DNA from: a virus
Lineage: Duplodnaviria > Caudoviricetes
Reading direction: 5' to 3' (one strand)
Length of the DNA stretch: 59,340 nt
Virus record (IMG/VR): IMGVR_UViG_3300038455_000058
Span: 1-59,340 of that record
Part shown: positions 8,991 through 17,902 of the stretch, piece after piece
Numbering within the stretch: the stretch's first letter is position 1
How the letters are laid out: the number at the start of each line of letters is the position of its first letter
Position numbers and translations under genes: made by a program
The notes under the pieces: model-generated
The model's database searches: none
What the model saw: the letters and a program-made list of their open reading frames with translations, nothing else
Told to the model about the DNA's origin: nothing

Positions 8991-9430
8991 AAGGGCGCGT
9001 CCGTGTCATACTGAGCGGCGTAAACCTCACCATCTACCTCTCCAGGATCGTCCGTGTACTCGGCCTCTGGAACGACAGTGCGCGTCACGAGACCAGCCCG
9101 CACTCTCTTGGCCCAGCCGCGGGCCCTGGCAGCGTCCTTGTCCTTGTAGCCGGCCTTCTTGTCCTCGCCGTTTTTGCGAGCCATGTATGCGGCAGCGGAC
9201 AGGTACTTTGCTTGCGCGTCGAGGTATTCAGCTGGGCACTGGGAGAACGTCTTCCCCACGTAGGACACGCCGGCCCAGTACTTCTCGCGCGGATCGAAAC
9301 GGATAGTCGGATTCCCGTACTGAGAATCGAGATCCGCGTCGTCTGCCACAGCGTTCCGATCGATGCCGTTCGCGCGCAGCGCGGCAACCTCAGCCTCCAA
9401 CTTCGCCACCCTCGTTTCCAGATCGTTCAT
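8987..9430 (-). CDS. Hypothetical recombination-module protein with acidic tail
   Basis: GKTFSQCPAEYL motif; C-terminal DTDAPF resembles SSB tails; ATGA-coupled to nuclease. Confidence 0.6.
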   Translation of the reverse strand: MNDLETRVAKLEAEVAALRANGIDRNAVADDADLDSQYGNPTIRFDPREKYWAGVSYVGKTFSQCPAEYLDAQAKYLSAAAYMARKNGEDKKAGYKDKDAARARGWAKRVRAGLVTRTVVPEAEYTDDPGEVDGEVYAAQYDTDAPF

Positions 9431-10167
9431 GACACCTTCCTTCGTTTCTTGGTCACAGCCGATTCGCACACAGTCCTCAGCGGGCACCACTCTCCCTCGC
9501 ACCACCTGCCGCCGCGTGGCTCCGTCCTACTCGGCAACCCAAGCGCGAGCTGTCTGTTGCCTTCCTCAACCCAAAACAACTCCAGCTCATCCAACTCCCC
9601 GCCGCTTATTAGCCCTCCTGGTAGGTACGCCAGCTCAACCCTCACCGTCTCGTAACCGTAGATGCGAGCCGCAACTAGACCACAGATCCGCGTCTGCTCT
9701 GCCTCCGTTGCGTGCACAGGCGATGGTCTCGAGCCTTTCCAGTCGCGGTAAGTCAGTCCGCCGTCAGTCCTACCCATCACCAGATCCGCAATCAGCACCA
9801 TCTCACCGGCGCGCTTGTCGAATCGATCGTTAGCCTTGCGCGCTTCACCGGTGATTGGGTTGTACGCGTACACCTCTTCGGCAACTCGCCACTCGAAGTC
9901 ATCGCGCGCCAGGATCTCCAGTCCCTTGGCAAACGAGCTGCTGATCCACTCAATCTCCTCGAGACACCCGAAGTCCGCCGCCGTTGCGGCAACTCCGATC
10001 GGATCGGTGTCTGTCCCCATCGCCGCGAGCTCCAACAGCTTGTGGACAGCCTTGCCGCGGGCGGTGTACTTGGTGTCTGGTTCATCTGGCCACCGTATGC
10101 CGCTGGTCCACGGGTAGGCGCATTCCTTGGCCAGACTGAGCTTGCTTGCGGAAGGGAGCTTAACCAC
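9427..10167 (-). CDS. PD-(D/E)XK Cas4/RecB-like exonuclease
   Basis: SAS..C, G..VH..LE, E, ADL, DWKG, Q, C-terminal C..WCP...C Fe-S motif. Confidence 0.8.
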   Translation of the reverse strand: MVKLPSASKLSLAKECAYPWTSGIRWPDEPDTKYTARGKAVHKLLELAAMGTDTDPIGVAATAADFGCLEEIEWISSSFAKGLEILARDDFEWRVAEEVYAYNPITGEARKANDRFDKRAGEMVLIADLVMGRTDGGLTYRDWKGSRPSPVHATEAEQTRICGLVAARIYGYETVRVELAYLPGGLISGGELDELELFWVEEGNRQLALGLPSRTEPRGGRWCEGEWCPLRTVCESAVTKKRRKVS

Positions 10168-10180
10168 ACGCGCACCATAA

Positions 10181-10978
10181 TCACTCCGCAGCGGGCGGCT
10201 GGACGCGATTTCGGGCCGAGGTGAATGCAGCGGCAACACGCTTGCGAATATGGCTCGGCGCAAACTTGAATTCTGGTGTCGCCTTATCAGACAGCTCCTT
10301 GATGCGAACAGAGTCCGCCTCCTTAAGCGCCTCCTCCAGCGTAGTGACGATGGGCTCCCAGTCCCTCGCAGCTTCCGCCACGGCCTGCGCAGCCTTGGCG
10401 ATCTCGGCGGGTGGCATGGGCTCTCCCTCGATCTCCCCGGTCTCCACGCTCACGTTGACTCGCCGAGCACCCGGCACGCTGTCAACCTCAGTCTCGTCCA
10501 GCCAACCGAGACCGCACACCGAAAGGGTCGCGCGTCGTTTTGCCTTCGTCTCAGCCTTCATGAAGGCGTTTGCCAGTGCCTCACCCTTGAGGCCACCAAT
10601 CGGGACGGCGCCGGTGGAGTCCGCGAATCGCCCGCTCGACGTGGTGGCTCGAGCCGTCACGATGTAGATGTCTTCGATCCGCTCCTTGCCCATGATCTGG
10701 GTGGACACTCCGCTGTGTTTCCCGAGCTGCTCCGTGGCGTCCTTGCGAGCGTACAGTGTCAGCTTGCCCTGGAACGTGATGTATTGAAACGGACGTGTGA
10801 GCGGATTCAAACCCAGGCTCTCACACGTGGCGCTGTAGTAATTCACGCGTTGTTTGGGCGTGAGCTTGGCAAGGTCGCCGTCCACCAATACTTGCTCCAG
10901 TACGGGCGCGTCGATGCTTGCCGTCCCATCCGTGGACTTCGCCAGCGTCATTGCCGCAGAACCATTCGATGTCGTCAT
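10181..10978 (-). CDS. Bet/RecT-like single-strand annealing protein
   Basis: C.SLGLNPLTRPF, MKAETKAKRRATL..CGL; adjacent to exonuclease. Confidence 0.8.
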   Translation of the reverse strand: MTTSNGSAAMTLAKSTDGTASIDAPVLEQVLVDGDLAKLTPKQRVNYYSATCESLGLNPLTRPFQYITFQGKLTLYARKDATEQLGKHSGVSTQIMGKERIEDIYIVTARATTSSGRFADSTGAVPIGGLKGEALANAFMKAETKAKRRATLSVCGLGWLDETEVDSVPGARRVNVSVETGEIEGEPMPPAEIAKAAQAVAEAARDWEPIVTTLEEALKEADSVRIKELSDKATPEFKFAPSHIRKRVAAAFTSARNRVQPPAAE

Positions 10979-11082
10979 CCTTGTTTCCTTTCTGAAAGTT
11001 GGGGACTCTTCCGGCTACACTTCGTCGGCTGGGCACCGGACCCCAATCGCCTTGCGGACACCGCCATCCGCCCACCGTACTC

Positions 11083-11160
11083 GTCCCCGGGGGAGTCGAA
11101 CCCCGCACCTCTTATGCCGCCACAAGCGGTCAGCGGCGCCGCTGTGCGGCTACCAGAACT
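11083..11160 (-). ncRNA. Degenerate tRNA-like structure
   Basis: GGGG-TTCGACT-CCCC T-arm, TA-GCCG-CACAG-CGGC D-arm-like stem, weak acceptor and anticodon stems. Confidence 0.25.
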
Positions 11161-11567
11161 TAGCGACCATGTGGATCACAACGAAGAGTGTGCCACCAAC
11201 TGCCGCCAACCATAGAAGCACAACCGACACAGCAACGACCTCCCTCATGACTCCTCCTCAAACACAACCTCGCCAGCGATAACGGACGTCTCCAGCATGT
11301 CCTCGCCCGTGTCCTCGGTCAGGCCAGCATCGAATGTCTCACACGGCACCTCGATGCCGGCGGTGAGGCTGGCGATGATGAGATCGGTGGTTGCGCTCTG
11401 CTGCTTCACCTAACCACCTCCAGACGTGAGGTGCCACGCGCCGCATCGACACCTGTACACGTGGTGCTCGACCTTGCCGCGGTATTGCCCACGACGACGG
11501 CGCCTAACCACCCGAAGCGCCTCACTCGCGGCCGGCTTGTTTGCGTACGGGACCTTGTGGCAGTCCA

Positions 11568-11816
11568 TCACTTCGCCTCCCGCGCGGCCAGCATTGCGTC
11601 CGCAAACGCGTATGCCTGCCCGGCCGTTGCCGGATAGTCCGAGCCCTTTCCAATCACGATCCGGTCTCCGATGCCGGCAACGAACGCCATCGCGAACCTG
11701 TCCCTCAGCGTCGGCATCTCATCGGACATCGCATCAAGCACGGACCTGATGGCGTAGATGCCGCTATCGATGCTCTCCAAGCTTGAGGCTGCACTCGGCG
11801 GTGGGGTTGAGCTCAT
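11568..11816 (-). CDS. Conserved small phage protein
   Basis: TLRDRFAMA...AYAFADAMLAARE motif. Confidence 0.65.
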   Translation of the reverse strand: MSSTPPPSAASSLESIDSGIYAIRSVLDAMSDEMPTLRDRFAMAFVAGIGDRIVIGKGSDYPATAGQAYAFADAMLAAREAK

Positions 11817-11817
11817 G

Positions 11818-12213
11818 TCACTCCTCTGACGCCGCAAGCGGCGAGTAGTAATTAGCCACCATTTGCTCCACCCGCTGCGGCCGATCGCTGCCACTCGCAA
11901 TCTCCGCGGCGCGGACGAAGTGGCCAGCGCCGGCACCATCCATGTGATGGCTCAGAAGCGTGCCAAGAGCCGAGGCGAGCGCGCCACGGATGCACTTCAC
12001 CTCGAACGCCTCCACCGTCTTTCCGATCCGATCTAGTCGCGCGGCCACGGCATCCACCCTGACCATCCAGTCCTCGGCTGCGCTGTGGTCTGCTGTCAGA
12101 GACCGGAGGCAATCGAGTAGATGCGCGGCATCTTTCTCCCCCGCCGCTCGGAGCACGCCCACTGCCGCATCTCGGGCCGCGTACACACCTGCCAACTCGG
12201 CTTGGATATCCAT
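11818..12213 (-). CDS. Hypothetical helical protein
   Basis: GGAGG SD, in operon. Confidence 0.5.
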   Translation of the reverse strand: MDIQAELAGVYAARDAAVGVLRAAGEKDAAHLLDCLRSLTADHSAAEDWMVRVDAVAARLDRIGKTVEAFEVKCIRGALASALGTLLSHHMDGAGAGHFVRAAEIASGSDRPQRVEQMVANYYSPLAASEE

Positions 12214-12849
12214 GTCACCCTCCCACCACGGAATCGTACTGAAGCGCGTACGGCTCCGAATCGACAGCGGTGTCTTCGTCGCATAGGCAATCCTCGTGCA
12301 GCTCACCGCAGGCGCCGCAATTCGTCCTCTCGCGGCACGGCGCACACAGATCCACATCCTCGCGGTTGACGATGCATAGTTGGACGTCATCGCAGTTATT
12401 GCACATGTCACAAACTGGATCAGACATTGCCCCAGTCCCTTCCGGGCGCGTCGCGCATCGCGCACGACCTATGTTCTGGTGACTCGTACTCAGACACCTT
12501 GAGTTGCTGCCCGCACGAGCTGCATCGGCGCCTTGGTTCGGCGGCATCCAGCGGGCGTCTCCCAGCCACGTCCGTCGCCGTCTCCGTGCTGTAGTATCGC
12601 TTCTTCATACAGCCTTCCTCAGACAGCCTGGGCACTCCACCTCACCGGTCCACGGCAGCGCCCTCGCTGGCACGTAGCATCCACACAACGTGTGATGATC
12701 GTTGTTTCTACGGTAGTGCCCGACGCCAACCTTGACCTTCTCGAGGCGGTCGTTGGCGGCCGCTCGCCTGTGGCTACGAATCATCTCGGCCTGACGCTCT
12801 AGGCGTTGCTGCCGTTGCTCCCATGCTTGGTCATTCGCGTCGTATGCCA

Positions 12850-13071
12850 TCAGTACACCCGAGGCCGCCCGTGCAGAACAGCCTCGTCCTCCTCGATCCC
12901 AAAGATGGTGTCGACTGTGACCACGAGCCTTCCGACGGGCGCGTCGCAGTCAAAACAGCTGGCATTGCTTGTATACGTGTCATGACCTCGGACCATCTTT
13001 CTGATCTCGCACCGCGCGAACGGTCTCATCCAGCCACAGCACGGTACGAACATCTGACGTGTCGAGGGCAA
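12850..13071 (-). CDS. Conserved small Cys phage protein
   Basis: C-terminal TVDTIFGIEEDEAVLHGRPRVY. Confidence 0.55.
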   Translation of the reverse strand: MPSTRQMFVPCCGWMRPFARCEIRKMVRGHDTYTSNASCFDCDAPVGRLVVTVDTIFGIEEDEAVLHGRPRVY

Positions 13072-13683
13072 GCGCAGCGTCTACGACAGCACACAGAGCT
13101 GCGATGTCGGCTATGTGATCGGCTTCGCGGCACGACCGGCAGCGCGTTCCCCACTCGGCGCAAGCGTCGCACATCCGGTTTTGGTCCTCTCGCTGGCCTG
13201 CCGGCCAGAGCCTGAGACGCGCCCATGCGTTCATGTGCGCGGTGCCAATAGCGATAGTTTGACGTTCACAAGACCCCCGCGACCGCATTCATGAACTCCG
13301 CCATGGCTACGCGACGCACCTTCACATCTCGCGGCCTGACAATAAGAGCTGCGATGCGCTTGTAGTGACGCCAGCGGCAAGCCGACGAGCGGGCGCGGTC
13401 AAGCGCCTCGTCAGAGCGGTAACGGGCGCTGCCGTCAGTGTCACCGCCCATGCGACAGATCGACGCGAAGTAACGCGCCTCATCGTAATACGCCATGGCG
13501 AGCTGATACGCGTTCATTGAGATCCCTCCGCGCTCGCGCGATCCCGCATCCCCTCCGCGATCGTGACCGCCGCGAGGAGCTCGGCAAACGATGCCTTCCC
13601 AGCCACAACGCGGGCGAAGATGGCGTCCACGGCGCTCTCGGCTTGGGACTCGCTGTACTTCGGCGCGCGGACAGTCTTGCCGT

Positions 13684-13887
13684 TCATCTCGGCCTCCTAG
13701 GGACACCACGCATCAGATCCAGCGCACCAAGATCGATCTGCTGAATCAGCTCGATCTCGTGCTGCGCGACGTTGGCGTGGCGTCCGATCAGACGGAGCGC
13801 CGTGGCGAGCCGCTCGAGACGCTCTGCCAGGTTGATCTGCTGTGCCGCCGCGGGGCTGCGCAGGGTCTTACGTGCTCGCTTGGTCAC
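13684..13887 (-). CDS. First gene of leftward early operon, leaderless
   Basis: GTG 6 nt after -10 of PL-like promoter. Confidence 0.55.
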   Translation of the reverse strand: MTKRARKTLRSPAAAQQINLAERLERLATALRLIGRHANVAQHEIELIQQIDLGALDLMRGVPRRPR

Positions 13888-13893
13888 GCACCC

Positions 13894-13926
13894 ATCGTGC
13901 GTCCTACTGGCATCGCTGTCAACTGG
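13894..13926 (-). promoter_or_regulatory. PL-like promoter/operator
   Basis: TTGACA-17-CACGAT; 29/33 identical to inverted copy at 14539-14571. Confidence 0.75.
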
Positions 13927-13971
13927 ACACGAGGCGGATAAATCTAGGCGGTCGCAACTGGGCGCAAGATG

Positions 13972-14487
13972 TCAGTTTTTCTTGGGACGGGTAGGGCGCG
14001 CCTGGGTCTGTGTGGGCGCGACTTCTTGGAAGCCGCTTTGGGGCGGCGCCGGCCTGGACCCAACGGCCTCACCGAGGACGGCCTCCACCCTATCTAGCCA
14101 TGCCTCGATCTCCCTGTTGGTCATGCCTCCGCCGGCGCCAACTCCCATCCGGAGAGCCGTCTCCACGGTGTACTCGGACCACCTACCTGGCGCTTCTCTG
14201 AGCGAGTAGGTCAGCACCGCCTCGAGTGGGCCGGCCGGAGAGACCACCGGTGCGGCGCGTCTCCTGGTGCCCGTGGACACCATGTCCACCGCCTCTAGCC
14301 ACTCCACCGTGACACCGAGGGCTACGGCGATCCTGGAGACGAGCTCGTGTGGCGCCCTCCTCCCACGCTCGCCGCGCAGCAAACGCGAGGCGTAGCCCCT
14401 GGGTAGGTCTGCGGCGCGCTCCAGATCTCCGCCTGACCACCCAAGCCGATCTACCGCTTCGCGAAGCCGTTCCTTTGAGATTGGCAT
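13972..14487 (-). CDS. XRE-HTH immunity repressor (cI-like), leaderless
   Basis: ERLREA...WSGGDL...YASRLLRGER...IAVALGVTVEWL; TTGACG-18-CAGGAT-7-ATG; no obvious S24 peptidase domain. Confidence 0.85.
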   Translation of the reverse strand: MPISKERLREAVDRLGWSGGDLERAADLPRGYASRLLRGERGRRAPHELVSRIAVALGVTVEWLEAVDMVSTGTRRRAAPVVSPAGPLEAVLTYSLREAPGRWSEYTVETALRMGVGAGGGMTNREIEAWLDRVEAVLGEAVGSRPAPPQSGFQEVAPTQTQARPTRPKKN

Positions 14488-14538
14488 AGGGCAAATCCTG
14501 AGGCAGATGGCGCCGGCGCGTCAACGCCCATCTTGCCG

Positions 14539-14571
14539 CCAGTTGACAGCGCTGCCAGTCGGACGCATGGT
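14539..14571 (+). promoter_or_regulatory. PR-like promoter/operator
   Basis: TTGACA-17-CATGGT; twin of 13894-13926. Confidence 0.75.
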
Positions 14572-14634
14572 CCAGTGACGAGCGCCCGAGACGCATCGTC
14601 GGGAGCGCCCGTAGTGAACTGCACGACTGACTAA

Positions 14635-14922
14635 ATGATCGCGAGGGCGGTGATGGTACTTGGTCATGGCGGCGATGGTGGGTGCGTAAAGCCTCACCCG
14701 CAAGGGGTGGGTCAGCACGTACCTCAAACGCAAACCTGTTCAGTGGATCTCGAGGTGCTCAAGTCCTGGTGTCTTCAGGCACTGAAGCGGTCACGCGGTC
14801 TTTCTGATGAACAGATCGGCCGGAAGCTTGGCGTGACTGGACAGATGGTCTTCGCGTACCGAAGCCAGAAGCGCCGCATTCCGACAGACAAGGCCGTCAA
14901 GCTGGGGCTGGTGCCGGCATGA
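14635..14922 (+). CDS. Cro-like HTH protein (start uncertain)
   Basis: GLSDEQIGRKLGVTGQMVFAYRSQKRRIP; divergent from repressor. Confidence 0.65.
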   Translation: MIARAVMVLGHGGDGGCVKPHPQGVGQHVPQTQTCSVDLEVLKSWCLQALKRSRGLSDEQIGRKLGVTGQMVFAYRSQKRRIPTDKAVKLGLVPA

Positions 14923-15109
14923 GCTGCCGATGTCGTCCGTGCTCACAGTGGTGCCGTGTAGCACGCACTCTACAGAAGCGAATCAAGACGGCGGCTTCGG
15001 AGCTTGCCGATCCTCTCACGTCTGAGCCTTATCTTACGCGTGCACGCAATGCCTACAACATGGCTGAGCGAATGCTACGCGGGCATCTAGCCAGGAACGC
15101 GAGGAAGAC

Positions 15110-15388
15110 GTGACGAACAATTACTACAAGGTCACCCAGTTAACCGACGGCACCATCGACGGGCACGGACGCATACTGTCCGATGACCTCGCATACCTGC
15201 CCTTCGATGATACGGACCCTATCTCCACCGGTATCGCCTTTCGAAAAGCACAGGAATGCGCGGCACTGAATCCGCGCACGTGCGTATCGGTGTGGCGCAC
15301 GCCGTCGGTGCCTGGCGAGTGGGCGCACATTCCTGTCGTCGGCGCGCTTTTCAAGACGGACGCATGGCGAGCCGAGGCGTCGGCATGA
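15110..15388 (+). CDS. Hypothetical protein
   Basis: Coupled overlaps in operon. Confidence 0.5.
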   Translation: MTNNYYKVTQLTDGTIDGHGRILSDDLAYLPFDDTDPISTGIAFRKAQECAALNPRTCVSVWRTPSVPGEWAHIPVVGALFKTDAWRAEASA

Positions 15389-15711
15389 ATGAGTTTCGAG
15401 TACGGATCGATTTGAACGGCGCCTACTACTGGCTCCATCCGATCGAATTCGAAGACACCGACGTCTCCGAGACACTCGAGGCGTGGAAGGGCGCGCTGGA
15501 TGTTGTCCAGTCCCTTCGCAATGAAACAGTCTTCCGCATGCTGGACGACAACAAGCCGGACTTGACTGGGCTGTGGGCTGATTTGTACGTCGAGCGCGAG
15601 ATACCGCACCGCGGACCGTGGTCAACGATCGCGCTGGTGGAGACGGCTGAGGAAGAGGACGAGCCGGACACCGTTGTGACGGACGGTCCGCTGTTTGGTG
15701 GTGCGCCGTGA
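15385..15711 (+). CDS. Hypothetical acidic protein
   Basis: ATGA coupling; MNEFRVRID... Confidence 0.5.
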   Translation: MNEFRVRIDLNGAYYWLHPIEFEDTDVSETLEAWKGALDVVQSLRNETVFRMLDDNKPDLTGLWADLYVEREIPHRGPWSTIALVETAEEEDEPDTVVTDGPLFGGAP

Positions 15712-16073
15712 AGGGCTCGGACCTCCTTGCCGCCTACCTCGCGCGCTACGCCATCACGCCGGCTCATGCGGCATCGGCGCTGGTGACGACGGTCGGTGAG
15801 ATTCGGCGCCTACTCAGCGCAGTTGACGCGCCAAGCGAAGTGATGGCGGACCGCATCGAAGACTGGAGCGGCGGTGCAGTGCCAGCGTCTTCGTGGTGGA
15901 CCGAAGAGCCGCCAGCGATGACGTACCGCGAGATCGGAGATGAGCTCGGTCTCAGCGATGAGCGGGTGAGGCAGATCGAATCGGTAGCGCTATCGAAGCT
16001 TCGCCACAACGCAGCGCTGCGCGCGGCGTGGTTATCCTCGGACGGGGTGGAGTGGAGATCCAGATGGGAATAG
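15708..16073 (+). CDS. Cro-like HTH fused to sigma70 region-4 HTH
   Basis: IEDWSGGAVPASSW; MTYREIGDELGLSDERVRQIESVALSKLR. Confidence 0.75.
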   Translation: MKGSDLLAAYLARYAITPAHAASALVTTVGEIRRLLSAVDAPSEVMADRIEDWSGGAVPASSWWTEEPPAMTYREIGDELGLSDERVRQIESVALSKLRHNAALRAAWLSSDGVEWRSRWE

Positions 16074-17902
16074 CTGAGGTGCTGGCGGGGACTGAGAGGT
16101 GGTGGGTGGAGCATGGGGACTGTCTCCGCACGATGAAGACCTTACCCGATGCCTCGGTTGACGCGATCGTTTGCGATCCGCCGGCAGGCATTGCCTTCAT
16201 GGGTAAAGCATGGGACGGCGATAAGGGCGGCAGAGACAGGTGGATCGAGTGGCTCCACGCCAGGATGCGCGAAGCCATCCGCGTCCTCAAACCCGGCGGA
16301 CACGCCCTCGTGTGGGCCCTGCCGCGCACGTCGCACTGGACCGCGACGGCTATCGAGGACGCGGGGTTCGAGGTGAGGGACTGCTTGACTCATTTGTTCG
16401 GGTCAGGCTTCCCCAAGTCGCTGAACGTGTCGAGGGCGATCGACGCGGCCGATGGGTTGAAGGACAAGCGCGAGGTCATCTCGACGTACACGGCCGGCGG
16501 CAATGCCGGCGTCTCGACCGCCGACAAGGGCGGAACGTATGGCGTTGGTGTCGGTACCGCGCCAGCAGTGGAACTCGCCATTACGCGCGGCGCGTCCGAG
16601 CGCTCCCGTGAATGGGACGGCTGGGGCACCGCCCTCAAGCCAGCATCCGAGCATTGGTGGCTGGCGCGCAAGCCCCTGGCCGGGACCGTGGCTTCGAACG
16701 TGCTCGCGTATGGGACGGGGGCCCTGAACGTGGACGGGTGCAGGATCGGGACGGACTGGTCCGAGCGGTCCGAGGCGTGGAAGCGGTCGGGACACTCTGC
16801 CAAGCCTGACGCCGAGAAGATTGCTGCCCCGCCTGGCACGGGCATCAACTGTCATGAGCTCGGCCGCTGGCCCGCGAACGTTACCCTCGACGAGGACGCC
16901 GCGGCGATGCTCGATGAGCAGAGCGGGACGCTCAAGAACGGCGGTCAGAATGCGACGAGCAATCGGAAGTCCGAGTCCGTCGCGCATGGCGAGTATGCCG
17001 ACAGCAAGCCTACCGCGCACGCTGGTGACTCCGGCGGTGCGTCCCGTTTCTTCTACGTGGCCAAGCCCTCGACCAAGGAGGAAAGCGAATGGGAAAGCGG
17101 GGACCTAAGCCGACAAGACCAGACGGGTGTCACGTCACCAAGAAGGGATATCTCAGGAAGAACGTCGATGGCGGCACAAGGCTCAAGCTCCAGCACCACA
17201 TTGTGTGGGAAGAGCACTATGGGCCAGTGCCAGCTGGATATCGCGTCCACCACAAGAACGAAGACAAGCAAGACAACAGAACCGACAACCTCCAACTTGT
17301 CGACTCAGTTACCCACAAGCGAATCCATTCTGGATGCGAATTGCGAGACGGCGTGTGGTGGAAGCCGTGCAGAGTCTGCGGAGAATTCAAGTCCGTCGGT
17401 GGAGAGCACTGGTACCTCTCCATCGAGGGATGGCCCCTCTACGGGAAGTGCAAGCTCTGCCATCGCGCCCGCGTGGCAGCCGACTATCGTAGGCGCAAGG
17501 TTCCTGTATCGGGCTAAGCCGTCCACGCGAGAGAGGGAGGCCGGCTGCGATGCACTCCCGCTTGTCTCAGCCGGCAATCTTGTGGACCGAGAGGAGGGCG
17601 CTCCGGGCACACAGTCTCCGCGCGCGGGAGCAGGTAGGACGTCGGCCGGGCGTCGCAATTCGCATCCAACCTGCAAATCCATCGCCCTCATGCGGTGGCT
17701 GGTCCGCCTTGTGACCCCGCCCGGGGGGCTCGTCCTGGATCCGTTCTGCGGCTCCGGGACGACGGGGTGTGCGGCGGCATTAGAGCGCTTTCGGTTCATC
17801 GGCATCGACGAAAACGAGGACTATGTGCGCATTGCGAACGCCCGCATTGCCTACTGGGCTCAGCCGCGCCAACAGGCGGCACTATTCGAGGTGTCGAGAT
17901 GA
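16064..17902 (+). CDS. Beta-class N4/N6 DNA methyltransferase with 151-codon insert
   Basis: GDCL, DPPA (motif IV variant), RVLKPGG, HPTCK, VLDPFCGSGTTG (motif I). Confidence 0.9.
   Translation: MGIAEVLAGTERWWVEHGDCLRTMKTLPDASVDAIVCDPPAGIAFMGKAWDGDKGGRDRWIEWLHARMREAIRVLKPGGHALVWALPRTSHWTATAIEDAGFEVRDCLTHLFGSGFPKSLNVSRAIDAADGLKDKREVISTYTAGGNAGVSTADKGGTYGVGVGTAPAVELAITRGASERSREWDGWGTALKPASEHWWLARKPLAGTVASNVLAYGTGALNVDGCRIGTDWSERSEAWKRSGHSAKPDAEKIAAPPGTGINCHELGRWPANVTLDEDAAAMLDEQSGTLKNGGQNATSNRKSESVAHGEYADSKPTAHAGDSGGASRFFYVAKPSTKEESEWESGDLSRQDQTGVTSPRRDISGRTSMAAQGSSSSTTLCGKSTMGQCQLDIASTTRTKTSKTTEPTTSNLSTQLPTSESILDANCETACGGSRAESAENSSPSVESTGTSPSRDGPSTGSASSAIAPAWQPTIVGARFLYRAKPSTREREAGCDALPLVSAGNLVDREEGAPGTQSPRAGAGRTSAGRRNSHPTCKSIALMRWLVRLVTPPGGLVLDPFCGSGTTGCAAALERFRFIGIDENEDYVRIANARIAYWAQPRQQAALFEVSR
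17089..17517 (+). CDS. HNH homing endonuclease nested out of frame in methyltransferase
   Basis: AAGGAGG SD; H..VWEEH.GPVP.GY.VHHKNEDKQDNRTDNLQL...H; C-terminal CRVC/CKLC. Confidence 0.85.
   Translation: MGKRGPKPTRPDGCHVTKKGYLRKNVDGGTRLKLQHHIVWEEHYGPVPAGYRVHHKNEDKQDNRTDNLQLVDSVTHKRIHSGCELRDGVWWKPCRVCGEFKSVGGEHWYLSIEGWPLYGKCKLCHRARVAADYRRRKVPVSG

Noticed and set aside
9427-10167. Cas4-like gene as a sign of CRISPR
   Set aside because: No repeat-spacer array or other cas genes seen; context is Red-like recombination
10250-11215. 321-aa plus-strand ORF and many similar shadow ORFs
   Set aside because: Antisense to Bet; no SD or motifs
17089-17517. Intein or group I intron explanation for the MTase insert
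   Set aside because: No intein terminal residues in the MTase frame, and the HNH ORF fills almost the whole insert, leaving no ribozyme core (not experimentally excluded)
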